In this document: positions 1 to 12,012 of the stretch, one piece after another
How positions within the stretch are numbered: position 1 is the first letter of the stretch
Layout of the letters: each line of letters opens with the position of its first letter
Assembly: GCA_964016885.1 (NCBI GenBank)
Contig: OZ024743.1
Location: 77,748,001 to 77,812,000, forward strand
Reading direction: 5' to 3'
DNA from: Eledone cirrhosa
Taxonomy: Eukaryota
DNA: 64,000 nt
Translations under genes and position numbers: made by a program
Notes under the pieces: model-generated
Database searches by the model: none
What the model was told of the DNA's origin: nothing
Seen by the model: only the letters and a program-made list of their open reading frames with translations

Positions 1-1134
1 CCCCTCTTTTATGCTCTGTTCTATTATTTATTATAGTATATCGAATATATTTTATGCCACTTTGCACCCTCCATATATTTTGTCAATTCCGTCCCCATTA
101 GCCTACCTTAACTCTACTTAAGTCAGTTTTTTAGATATCGTTGCGTGTATGATAGTGTAATTTTATTCCTTTTTGTAAACATTTGTAACGATACATTAAA
201 GTTTATATACTTTAATGACTTAGACTATAGCTAATTTTATACTACCTTATCGGACGGGTTTGATATTTTTAATATTAATTTATCAGATAGGGTTTGGAGT
301 CATTTAAAATGATCGTTTTCCTTGGTGTTTACCAAATTTCTTAATGCACGCGAGGCCTAAGTGTGTATACATTTGCTTTGTTTTGTAATTTCCGGTTGAT
401 TGTATTTATCTGTTTTATTTACTACTCACTGTCTGGCTTCGTTCACTCATCCACACATGTCTGTCTACTAACCTTGAAATTATAAGTATTTATTTATATA
501 TTATATGCCAATTTTTAAAATATATTACATTATGAAATAGATCCTTATTACTTACCGTTTATTATATATAACATTAAGATAGTTAAACTTTATATTTTTT
601 TAATATTTTAATATTTTAATATTTTAATATTGTAATATGTAACATTATGGTATTTAGACTTTACATATCATGTTAGATGTCTATATTTTTTCTGTAACAA
701 CATATTTTTTCTGTAACATCATAATTGTTCCCTGTACCAATATAGTTTTTTTGAGTATTATTGTATTATATTATATGATTGATATTTCCCCATTTATTAT
801 GTAACCCAGTATGAATCATGTTGTACATATTGATTATGGTAATTGTTAATATAATGTTAACAACTTATCATTGTATTTCACTGTAACATCTATATTGTTT
901 CTGTAAATTAACCGGAGATTATATATATTCTACTTTATTATATTGTATTGTATTATATAATTTTGTTGTTTATTATTTATTATAAGTGTTTCTTGTAATT
1001 ATTGCCTCATGTATATTGGGTAGATGTATTAGCATTATTTTCACTATTACCATGCTTATTTTTGATATTTTTGATGTTCAAACTTCCAATAGGGCTTAAT
1101 TTCTGTGTAATAGAAAATAGATATGTGTATTGTA

Positions 1135-1168
<34 letters not shown>

Positions 1169-1688
1169 ACATATATACATGTATATATTGTACCTTTTGA
1201 TTTTTGATTTGGAATTTCAGTGTTGGTATAGATATATTATTATTATAATGTATTATACTGTGTTATATATAATTCCTGCTCTATATAACCAAATTTGTTT
1301 AGATTTAAGTTGGTGACTTTGGACTATATTTGTAATATGGTTCTTAATGTTATCTACATCATTAGTTATTATAATTTTATTATTTTTATCTTCATTTTTA
1401 TTATCGTATATCTTTGTAAGACATTAGTGTATGTAAACTCCATATTCTTCAGAGTTTCTGGCTTGTATCTGCCGAAATTACCTCTTGTTGTTTTGATTGC
1501 CCTGATGAGTCCTTAATAGGATGAAACATTGTCGGCTAATAAAAACTTTTGATGTATTAAAGGATTCTTTGTTTTACTCTCTTAATTTTTCGGCTCTGTT
1601 TAACTGCATTGAGCTATACCTTTTACTGTCATTTCTATAATACGAAGAGGGTGTTTGACTCAAACACGCTCCAGTATTCTAATCCTTA
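1..1688 (+). mobile_element. 3' part (3' UTR/pseudo-LTR) of Naiad-type Penelope-like element, copy 0, cut by window start
   Basis: Near-identical to 10131-11817 and 21791-23477, which follow the GIY-YIG ORF; contains hammerhead plus AATAAA and ends in a TA/TATG microsatellite. Confidence 0.85.
1496..1540 (+). ncRNA. Minimal type I hammerhead ribozyme in PLE pseudo-LTR
   Basis: attgcc-CTGATGA-gtcc(ttaata)ggat-GAAAC-att-GTC-ggctaat: core, stem II, short stem III, GUC site, stem I; AATAAA follows. Confidence 0.85.
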
Positions 1689-1976
1689 TATATATATGTA
1701 TGTATGTATGTATGTATCTCTATGTATATATATATATATGTATGTATGTATGTATCTCTATGTATATATATATATATGTATGTATGTATCTCTATGTATA
1801 TATATATATATATGTATGTATGTATGTATCTCTATGTATATATATATATATATGTATGTATGTATGTATCTCTATGTATATATATATATATATGTATGTA
1901 TGTATGTATCTCTGTATATATATATATATATGTATGTATGTATGTATCTCTATGTATGTATGCATCTCTATGTATG

Positions 1977-2011
<35 letters not shown>

Positions 2012-2030
2012 GTATGCATCTCTATGTATG

Positions 2031-2063
<33 letters not shown>

Positions 2064-2127
2064 GTATGTATGCATCTCTGTGTATATATATGTATATATA
2101 TATCTATATGTGTGTGTATGTATGTAT
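1689..2127. repeat. Compound (TA)n/(TATG)n/TCTC microsatellite
   Basis: Direct inspection; the homologous tract in the later units carries RTE insertions. Confidence 0.95.
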
Positions 2128-2154
2128 CAATTCCTTCTCTCCTATTTGTTTCAG

Positions 2155-2229
2155 CAGATAATGGACTTCTGCAACCAAATAGTTCTCTGAACCAGCAGGA
2201 ACTCGGAGGAATGGAGTTAGATAATAGAG
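2155..2229 (+). CDS. Candidate internal host exon (75 or 72 bp, phase 1-1), copy 0
   Basis: Polypyrimidine tract ttccttctctcctatttgtttcag|cag (NAGNAG acceptor), stop-free frame [25 protein letters not shown], donor AG|GTAAGT. Confidence 0.55.
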
Positions 2230-2553
2230 GTAAGTATCAAAAATGTTATAATGTTCTATCAAATTTGAAGTGTATATGGCTGTGTATATATAAATATATA
2301 TGCAGAGGTTATATTTAATTTGTTGGTATTCAACAAGCTTTAAAATGTTATCACTAACCAGGAAGCTCCAACCGTTAAGGTTGTCTTTTTTTCTGGCTAT
2401 GTGAATATTTATTTCTAAAACAAATCTGTATTTTATCTGATGAAAGCGCACCAAAATATGCCTTGGTTGCCCTTGAAATATGTATAATAAAATAAATATG
2501 GTTTTATAAATATAGTTTCCATTTATTAATATATTGTATAAAAATATATATAT

Positions 2554-2585
<32 letters not shown>

Positions 2586-2634
2586 TGTATGTATGTATGT
2601 ATGTATGTTATCTCTTTCTCTTAATTTCGAGTAT

Positions 2635-4017
2635 ATTTTTTTTTTGACCGGCCACCTTCCAGTTGGCAAGGTTGTAAAAGAAACGAAATTGTCATCCCTT
2701 GAATTGCAAGAATGTTATGCAAATTTTGAAGGTGCCAGCTATTGCAGCCATTTGTAGACTATGAATTAGGGAGCTGCGCTTTTTGTCCGCAAATCCAAGT
2801 TAAGTCATACTTTGGTCCAAGCGGGTTGGTATATAACCCGTAGCTCCAATAATGATGGGTATGAAGCTAAAGGTGTATCTTGGATACTGGATTTGTAAAC
2901 TCCTCATCAATGGTCCGTAGATGTCCTCCTGTATTTTTCTGACAACGTTTACATCAAGTGGGCAGCTGATCTCCACAACAGAACACGTTTTCAATGTGTG
3001 GTCCCAAACAACAATATCAGGCCGGTTGTGCTTTAATTTGGTGGCAGTTTTTTTTTTCAGGTTCCACCAGTATTCCTTAGTGCCATTTGTCTCAATATAT
3101 TCTTCCTCGTTTGTTGTTAATTTTGTTTTTCGAAGTGCGTTCCAGATGGTTCTAGCTATCCCATCGTGTCTCATGGGGAGGTAGTAGCGAGATGATATCC
3201 TTTCGCAGCTGGCAACAATGTGACTTACATCCTCGATCTTTGTTTTACATAGCCTACATTTATTGTCAGCTGCTGGCCCTCCTTTTTGTGCAGCAGATAT
3301 TTGGGAGGAGTTCTTGTTCCTGTATTGCATAGAGATATCCCTCAAGGTGTGATGTCATAAACTTGTCGGAACTCCATGCCAGGCTTTTTGAGTGGTTTAT
3401 CCCCTCTATGGTCTGTGTTTTACGCCTCAAGTATCCATGCACAACTTTTTCTGTAAATTGGTCAATTTTTTTATCTTGTTTGAACATTGAATAGGATCTT
3501 CCGATTTCTCTGGGTGAGAGATTTATATCAGGCTTTATTCCATATCTCTCCTCCAGATCAGTCGCTATTCTAATGATATATTTTTTTTTCATGTTCTTAA
3601 ACCTGAGCAAGATGGTTGCCAACCTTTTTCCTCTGTTGAAGGTGTTGCTTCAGTGTTACTATCCGGGTCTCATATGTTGTTAATATTTTAGACCCCGGCC
3701 CCTTCCTTGCGGGAGAAGTATAGCCTATCCATATCACCATTGATGTTAAAGTTCCCAGTAACACTGAGAAGTTTTTGAGTTCTAACATCCATCTCACTTA
3801 GTTCTTGCAATGACCAGTTCAGCAGGACAAATGTTGGCGTTAGAATTGGTACAGCATAAGTATTGTGGGCAATGTATTTGTTGTATGCTGACAGTTCTGA
3901 TGACCATATTTTCTTTACTCTTCTGAGGTATTCAGTTCTGGTTCTCTCCTTATTTATGGGTCCATCATATCTGACATTCTCATCCTGTCCAAGATATCTG
4001 TAGTTGTCATCTCTAGA
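2635..4017 (-). pseudogene. 5'-truncated, frameshifted R4/Dong-like non-LTR retrotransposon (thumb, CCHC knuckle, restriction-like endonuclease)
   Basis: Motifs YRYLGQDE, CRLC...HIVASC, RHD, NRPDIVVWD...VVEISCP spread over several frames. Confidence 0.8.
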
Positions 4018-4221
4018 TTTCTAGAGGAGAGCACAGCCTCTAGACAAACAGTTCATAAAAGACATACCTCGATGATTATATATACGTCAGAACTAAGGGC
4101 AGTTAATAGTCTGTTTTTAAAGCCAGACACCAGGTGGCGTCATCTTGCTACAATAGTTTCAAGCTAATTTGTTGTTAAAATGTAAATAATTCTAAATAGA
4201 CTATGAAATAAGTAATATAAT

Positions 4222-4409
4222 TGTTTCTACTTTTGGCACAAGACCAGCAATTACCCAGTGCATTACTGGTACTTTATTTTATCGACCCCGTAAGGATGAA
4301 AGGCAAAGCTAACCTTGGCCGGATTTGAATTCAGACCATAAAGGGCCGTAACTCTTTACTGCAAAGCATTGCGTCTGACACTCTACCGATACTGCCAATC
4401 CACCGCCCT
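4222..4409 (-). mobile_element. SINE (Meta-domain-like) with 18-bp target site duplication
   Basis: Core tggtactttattttatcgaccccgtaaggatgaaaggcaaag; direct repeats tgaaataagtaatataat at 4204-4221 and 4410-4427. Confidence 0.7.
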
Positions 4410-5269
4410 TGAAATAAGTAATATAATATTTCTTTATTATAACTTTAACATCTATCTTAAATTTTAAATAGTATCTAAGTGAATTAAATGTAACATAAAA
4501 TGATAAAATAGGCTACAATATATACCTCTTTTCCTTTGAACTAATTGATTAATCCGGTAATATGATACCCTAGCCAGTTAAAACAAATAGCAACGCCAAC
4601 TGCTAAATATTTTTCCACTCGTATAATATCAACTAAAATACAATTATAAATATAAACTAAGATAAATTGGCTACGAAATTAGTAATTAAAATTTTCTTTA
4701 ATAGTTACATTATAACTTCAGCATCTTTAAATAAATATCTAAAATTTTGAAAGTTTTTCGATATAGTATCTAATTTAATCTAACATAAGTGATAAATAAA
4801 TAAACTAACGGTCCATACTTGCTTTCTTTTGATCTATTTGACCAATCTGGTAACCTCATACTCTAGCCAGTTCAAAAACACCAACACCAACTGTAATATT
4901 TTTCCCACTCATATAATATCTTCTGTGACGATGTTTTTTCCTAGCATATGCTTGCCGGTCACCAAACTAAATAGCTTGTCTCAGACCGCCTGCATATCAA
5001 ATGATATCTACATCTCCTGTGGATTTTATCTGACGAGAACATGTTTCGACTTAAATATAAGCCATACACCTTCGAAATACGTATAATAAAATAAATAGGG
5101 ACGGGCTAAAGTAACTGTTTTTTTTTGTTTATTATCATACACAATGTTTAAGCAGGTAATTAAAATCCTAGTCTTCAGAACATTTATATAGATACATAAC
5201 TATTGACTGTGTCAGTGACATCATATAAAAAAGTAGGAGTTGCAAAAAGATATGCTACAGGATTTACAC

Positions 5270-5303
<34 letters not shown>

Positions 5304-5310
5304 AGATATG

Positions 5311-6760
5311 TATCATCATCATCATCATCACCACTGTTTTACGTACGTTCTTCCACACTAGCATGGGTTAGACGGGTTGTCCTGTTGTGGGCAGTGTCTG
5401 GTCGGCTGACCATGCCTTGCTCATACAGGAACTGATTTGGCTTGATTTCTACAGCTGGATGCCCTTCCTAACACCAACCTCATTTACAGTGAGTGCTGGG
5501 TGCTTTTTTGTGGCACCTCCACGACCACCTTGCGGTGGGGGGTGTGGGGGCATATTGTCTATATGCTTCAGCTTGTACCCATGGGAGGTTGGGTACTCTG
5601 TATTACTGTGTGACGCCAGAGGTCACGGTCGTTTGTCATTACCTTTGAGAGGTGCAATTGGGTAAGGTCGGCTTTTATCACCTCATCCCAGGTCATCTTG
5701 GGTCTCCCCACTCCGCGGTTTCCATCGACTTCTAGTGCTCTGCACCTTTTTATGCAGCTGTCATCCTTCATACGCATCACATGTCCATACCAGCGCAACC
5801 GCCTCTCCTGCACACAGCATTTGATTCCTCTTATGCTCAGTCTCTCTCTCAATTCATTTATGCTTTGTCGTTCGCGTATATTACTATTACACATCCATCG
5901 GAGCATGCAGGCTTCGTTTCTCTCTAATCTACGTAAGTCTTCCACCTTCAGCGCCCAGGTCTCACTACCATGCAACATCGCTGTCCGGATACACGCATCA
6001 TACAGTCTGCCTTTCATTTTGAGGGAGAAGCCTTTTGCAGCTAGCAGTGGTAGTCGTTCCCTAAACTTCTTCCATCCCGTTCTTACCCTAGTTATTGTAC
6101 TTTCTGAACACCCACTTCCGCTGCTAATTCGGTCACCTAGGTAGCAGAAGCTGTCTACTGTTTCTACAGAGCCCTCCCAGAGATTAGTGGTACTTATTTC
6201 CTGTGGCTGTTTGCTGCTTGCTGTCCCAGCACAGCTGCTGCATGTGAAGCCTACATTCTTAATTAAGATTCCTGAGATCCCGCTACATCTCTTGTGTACC
6301 CATTGATTGCATTTGGGGCAGAGAATGGAGTTCCTACCTACACCTTTCCTACATACTGAGAAAGGCCAATTCCCTGAGGGGGATCTGGGTTCTGTTTTCT
6401 CGTCTACTTACAAAGACATTAGTCTGTCATGTTGTCTTTGAGACCCTTTCTTTCTAGTCCCTGCTTCCAAGTTTGGAATTTCTTCTCTAGTTCTACCATA
6501 GATTCAGCTATAAGTGCGAGGTCATCAGCATACAGGAGTTCCCATGGGCATCCGGTCTTAAACTCCTCCATTATTGCCTACAGGACTATGATGAACAGGA
6601 GAGGGCTAAGAACAGAGCCCTGGTGGACACCAACCTGTACGCTAAATTCCTCGCTATACTCATTGCTAATCCTGACTTTGCTGACTGCTCCCCTATACAT
6701 GGCTTGTACAGCTTTCACGAGCCATTCATCTACTCCTAGTTTTCTAAGAGCCCACCAGAT
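5311..6760 (-). mobile_element. 5'-truncated RTE-clade LINE with (GAT)n tail, frameshifted
   Basis: [14 protein letters not shown] region, C-terminal [14 protein letters not shown]; (CAT)n on plus strand at its 3' end. Confidence 0.9.
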
Positions 6761-6775
6761 ATATGTATATATATG

Positions 6776-6935
6776 TGGTTGGTGTTAGGAAGGGCATCCA
6801 GCTGTAGAAAACCCGCCAGACAGTCCTATGCGAGCAAGACAATCACTCTTGCCTCAAGTGGGAAAACTCCCGTCCAAACCCATGCAAGCGTGGAACACGG
6901 ACGTTAAACGATGATGATGATGATGATGATGATGT
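6776..6935 (+). mobile_element. Short RTE 3'-UTR fragment with (GAT)n tail
   Basis: Matches 3' end of the RTE at 44600-45500; also at ~18448-18606 but absent from the last duplication unit. Confidence 0.75.
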
Positions 6936-6954
6936 ATGTCTATGTATGTCTATG

Positions 6955-7192
6955 TATAAGGGTATAAGAGGGATAAGTTGTGGTGTGCAGGAGACAAGGC
7001 TGAGATGGTATGGACATGTGATGCGCATGGAAGACGACCGCTGGGTAAAGAAGTGCCAAGAAATCCCAGTAGAAGGAAGACGCAGTAGAGGAAGACCACA
7101 AAAAACATGGGCGGAGGTGGCGAGAGTAAACCTCAGATCGCTAAGCTCACGGAGGAGATGACGAAGGACCGTGACAAGTGGAGTGATGCTGT
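6955..7192 (+). mobile_element. RTE C-terminal fragment cut by the duplication junction
   Basis: [20 protein letters not shown]; the uninterrupted version with its 3' end is at 29008-29310. Confidence 0.8.
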
Positions 7193-7338
7193 ACCCGTCT
7201 TCATATCTTTGATTGCCTTACTTATTATACTACCCTCGACTAACACTGCTGGTCCCTCTATTGGGTCGATGTATATATATATATATATATGTATTAAGAG
7301 AGTAAAACAAAGAATCCTTTAATACATCAAAAGTTTTT

Positions 7339-7383
7339 ATTAGCCAACAATGTTTCGTCCTATTAAGGACTCATCAGGGCAAT
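7339..7383 (-). ncRNA. Type I hammerhead ribozyme in inverted pseudo-LTR
   Basis: Minus strand attgcc-CTGATGA-gtcc(ttaata)ggac-GAAAC-att-GTT-ggctaat. Confidence 0.85.
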
Positions 7384-7710
7384 CAAAACAACAAGAGGTA
7401 ATTTCGGCAGATACAAGCCAGAAACTCTGAAGAATATGGAGTTTACATACACTAATGTCTTACAAAGATATACGATAATAAAAATGAAGATAAAAATAAT
7501 AAAATTATAATAACTAAGGATGTAGATAACATTAAGAACCATATTACAAATATAGTCCAAAGTCACCAACTTAAATCTAAACAAATTTGGTTATATAGAG
7601 CAGGAATTATATATAACACAGTATAATACATTATAATAATAATATATCTATACCAACACTGAAATTCCAAATCAAAAATCAAAAGGTACAATATATACAT
7701 GTATATATGT

Positions 7711-7752
<42 letters not shown>

Positions 7753-8747
7753 TACAATACACATATCTATTTTCTATTACACAGAAATTAAGCCCTATTG
7801 GAAGTTTGAACATCAAAAATATCAAAAATAAGCATGGTAATAGTGAAAATAATGCTAATACATCTACCCAATATACATGAGGCAATAATTACAAGAAACA
7901 CTTATAATAAATAATAAACAACAAAATTATATAATACAATACAATATAATAAAGTAGAATATATATAATCTCCGGTTAATTTACAGAAACAATATAGATG
8001 TTACAGTGAAATACAATGATAAGTTGTTAACATTATATTAACAATTACCATAATCAATATGTACAACATGATTCATACTGGGTTACATAATAAATGGGGA
8101 AATATCAATCATATAATATAATACAATAATACTCAAAAAAACTATATTGGTACAGGGAACAATTATGATGTTACAGAAAAAATATGTTGTTACAGAAAAA
8201 ATATAGACATCTAACATGATATGTAAAGTCTAAATACCATAATGTTACATATTACAATATTAAAATATTAAAATATTAAAATATTAAAAAAATATAAAGT
8301 TTAACTATCTTAATGTTATATATAATAAACGGTAAGTAATAAGGATCTATTTCATAATGTAATATATTTTAAAAATTGGCATATAATATATAAATAAATA
8401 CTTATAATTTCAAGGTTAGTAGACAGACATGTGTGGATGAGTGAACGAAGCCAGACAGTGAGTAGTAAATAAAACAGATAAATACAATCAACCGGAAATT
8501 ACAAAACAAAGCAAATGTATACACACTTAGGCCTCGCGTGCATTAAGAAATTTGGTAAACACCAAGGAAAACGATCATTTTAAATGACTCCAAACCCTAT
8601 CTGATAAATTAATATTAAAAATATCAAACCCGTCCGATAAGGTAGTATAAAATTAGCTATAGTCTAAGTCATTAAAGTATATAAACTTTTAATATAAACT
8701 ATAAGATATAATGCGCTAGAGAGGTAGAATTCTTAAACCTAATATGT

Positions 8748-9773
8748 TTGGCTGGATCTTGTTCTAGTAATGTTGCTCCTACTGATCCTATCATTGGCCT
8801 TAATCCTCTTGTAGGGATTCTGGACAACAGTGGATCTACTAGAGGTAGAAACTATAATAGGCATAATGTAATTATGGCTGATTCTATGAATGCGGCTTCA
8901 AATATTCCCGATAGTAACCCTAGTCTCGACGGTGGGACTTTTGATAGAGGTAGGGTCGATAAGAATAAAAATAAAAATAGAAGGCGATTGAATACTTATT
9001 TCAACCCGCCATATAACCAGGATGTATCAACTAATATCCCTAGGTCTTTCTTCACTATCCTGGAGAAAAATGTCCCCCCTTCTCACAAATACCATGGTAT
9101 TTTTAATAAAAATGTTATTAAACTATCATTCTCTACCACCCCTAATATTAGTTCTCATTTAGCTAGCACTAATAATAGGAAGATTAGGGATGGATTCTCC
9201 TCTCTGCAGACTAATAGTCTGAATGCATCGGAAAATGCTTTACCACCAGAACAGTCCTTATCTAATAGAGGTCCTAAGTGCAATACATCACCACTCGAGC
9301 CAACCAATAACACCCGGAAGTGCAATTGTAGAGTGAGTGCTAACTGCCCTCTAAACGGTAACTGCCTTTCTAAGAACATTGTCTATGCTTGCGAGGTTAT
9401 AACTAATTCCTCTAAAGGAACATATATAGGATCTACTTCAAACACTTTTAAGACTAGGTTTAACTCTCATATCTCTAACTTCAAACATATTAGGTTTAAG
9501 AATTCTACCTCTCTAGCGCATTATATCTGGGATCTTAAGGGAGCTTGTATACCATATAGCCTTAACTGGAGTTTAGTAGCACGATCTAACCACCTTTCTG
9601 CACATAGTAAGTTTTGTAATTTCTGTATACTTGAGACACACTCTATTATTTTCTCTAGCGTACCCTTACTGAATAGAAAGTCTGAGATATTCTCTTCTTG
9701 CCCCCATGCCATCTCTAATTCTTACTTTTATTATAAACCCAAATGTTCTAGTAGTACAAATTGTACCCATTAG
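8748..9773 (+). CDS. Penelope-like (Naiad) linker plus GIY-YIG endonuclease ORF, no RT domain
   Basis: YFNPPY..V.TNI, HKYHGIFNKNVIKLSFS, CNCR..CPLNGNC, NIVY..YIGST..FKTRFNSH, CNFC..E, LLNRKSE..CPH; the TTG start probably reflects truncation. Confidence 0.85.
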   Translation: MAGSCSSNVAPTDPIIGLNPLVGILDNSGSTRGRNYNRHNVIMADSMNAASNIPDSNPSLDGGTFDRGRVDKNKNKNRRRLNTYFNPPYNQDVSTNIPRSFFTILEKNVPPSHKYHGIFNKNVIKLSFSTTPNISSHLASTNNRKIRDGFSSLQTNSLNASENALPPEQSLSNRGPKCNTSPLEPTNNTRKCNCRVSANCPLNGNCLSKNIVYACEVITNSSKGTYIGSTSNTFKTRFNSHISNFKHIRFKNSTSLAHYIWDLKGACIPYSLNWSLVARSNHLSAHSKFCNFCILETHSIIFSSVPLLNRKSEIFSSCPHAISNSYFYYKPKCSSSTNCTH

Positions 9774-11264
9774 CAGATATATTCCATTACTTAGTTTTTT
9801 GTTTGGGTTCTTTTGTTTGCCAGCATTAATGTTATCATTGGTTTTTGATGACTCTTCATTCTAGATCTCATAATCATTTGGCCACTGTACCATATCTATG
9901 TCTTCACTATTACACCTTGTTAGTATACATAAGATTACACACGTTATTATCTTTATATATTCTTTTATTATCATTAACTTTAATTTTTAATTTTAACTTT
10001 ATTTTTATTTTTAATTCTATTTATATTTTTATTTCTAAGTCTATTCTGATTTATCTATCGATCCCCCCCCCCATGCACGCATAAACTTATTGTCAACCCC
10101 TCTAGATTGAATATGATTATATTAAACCCCCCCCTCTTTTATGCTCTGTTCTATTATTTATTATAGTATATCGAATATATTTTATGCCACTTTGCACCCT
10201 CCATATATTTTGTCAATTCCGTCCCCATTAGCCTACCTTAACTCTACTTAAGTCAGTTTTTTAGATATCGTTGCGTGTATGATAGTGTAATTTTATTCCT
10301 TTTTGTAAACATTTGTAACGATACATTAAAGTTTATATACTTTAATGACTTAGACTATAGCTAATTTTATACTACCTTATCGGACGGGTTTGATATTTTT
10401 AATATTAATTTATCAGATAGGGTTTGGAGTCATTTAAAATGATCGTTTTCCTTGGTGTTTACCAAATTTCTTAATGCACGCGAGGCCTAAGTGTGTATAC
10501 ATTTGCTTTGTTTTGTAATTTCCGGTTGATTGTATTTATCTGTTTTATTTACTACTCACTGTCTGGCTTCGTTCACTCATCCACACATGTCTGTCTACTA
10601 ACCTTGAAATTATAAGTATTTATTTATATATTATATGCCAATTTTTAAAATATATTACATTATGAAATAGATCCTTATTACTTACCGTTTATTATATATA
10701 ACATTAAGATAGTTAAACTTTATATTTTTTTAATATTTTAATATTTTAATATTTTAATATTGTAATATGTAACATTATGGTATTTAGACTTTACATATCA
10801 TGTTAGATGTCTATATTTTTTCTGTAACAACATATTTTTTCTGTAACATCATAATTGTTCCCTGTACCAATATAGTTTTTTTGAGTATTATTGTATTATA
10901 TTATATGATTGATATTTCCCCATTTATTATGTAACCCAGTATGAATCATGTTGTACATATTGATTATGGTAATTGTTAATATAATGTTAACAACTTATCA
11001 TTGTATTTCACTGTAACATCTATATTGTTTCTGTAAATTAACCGGAGATTATATATATTCTACTTTATTATATTGTATTGTATTATATAATTTTGTTGTT
11101 TATTATTTATTATAAGTGTTTCTTGTAATTATTGCCTCATGTATATTGGGTAGATGTATTAGCATTATTTTCACTATTACCATGCTTATTTTTGATATTT
11201 TTGATGTTCAAACTTCCAATAGGGCTTAATTTCTGTGTAATAGAAAATAGATATGTGTATTGTA

Positions 11265-11298
<34 letters not shown>

Positions 11299-11625
11299 AC
11301 ATATATACATGTATATATTGTACCTTTTGATTTTTGATTTGGAATTTCAGTGTTGGTATAGATATATTATTATTATAATGTATTATACTGTGTTATATAT
11401 AATTCCTGCTCTATATAACCAAATTTGTTTAGATTTAAGTTGGTGACTTTGGACTATATTTGTAATATGGTTCTTAATGTTATCTACATCATTAGTTATT
11501 ATAATTTTATTATTTTTATCTTCATTTTTATTATCGTATATCTTTGTAAGACATTAGTGTATGTAAACTCCATATTCTTCAGAGTTTCTGGCTTGTATCT
11601 GCCGAAATTACCTCTTGTTGTTTTG

Positions 11626-11670
11626 ATTGCCCTGATGAGTCCTTAATAGGATGAAACATTGTCGGCTAAT
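11626..11670 (+). ncRNA. Type I hammerhead ribozyme in PLE pseudo-LTR
   Basis: Same sequence as 1496-1540. Confidence 0.85.
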
Positions 11671-11818
11671 AAAAACTTTTGATGTATTAAAGGATTCTTT
11701 GTTTTACTCTCTTAATTTTTCGGCTCTGTTTAACTGCATTGAGCTATACCTTTTACTGTCATTTCTATAATACGAAGAGGGTGTTTGACTCAAACACGCT
11801 CCAGTATTCTAATCCTTA

Positions 11819-11851
<33 letters not shown>

Positions 11852-12012
11852 CTCTATGTATATATATATATATGTATGTATGTATGTATCTCTATGTATA
11901 TATATATATATGTATGTATGTATCTCTATGTATATATATATATATATGTATGTATGTATGTATCTCTATGTATATATATATATATATGTATGTATGTATG
12001 TATCTCTATGTA

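Larger units (their letters stand above)
7293..11817 (+). mobile_element. 5'-truncated Naiad-type Penelope-like element with inverted upstream pseudo-LTR, copy 1
   Basis: 7293-~8690 is the reverse complement of ~10325-11716; GIY-YIG ORF between; hammerheads at both outer ends; both ends in TA-rich microsatellite. Confidence 0.88.

Noticed and set aside
1002-1516. 104-aa and 73-aa hydrophobic ORFs repeated in each pseudo-LTR
   Set aside because: AT-rich UTR sequence with a (TG)n tract whose length change breaks the frame in one copy (7563-7885)
1642-1675. Hairpin gtgtttg-act-caaacac after gaaga, and ggc..gcc-gaaa at 1460-1477, as extra hammerheads or a SECIS
   Set aside because: Each lacks half of the hammerhead core; no in-frame TGA in the ORF to need a SECIS
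5698-6144. ORFs antisense to RTE coding regions (also 12448-12894, 12934-13836, 42613-43338)
   Set aside because: Shadow frames of the LINE ORFs on the opposite strand
7293-11716. Long inverted repeats as TIRs of a DNA transposon
   Set aside because: Internal ORF is a PLE GIY-YIG not a DDE transposase; arms are asymmetric and carry hammerheads
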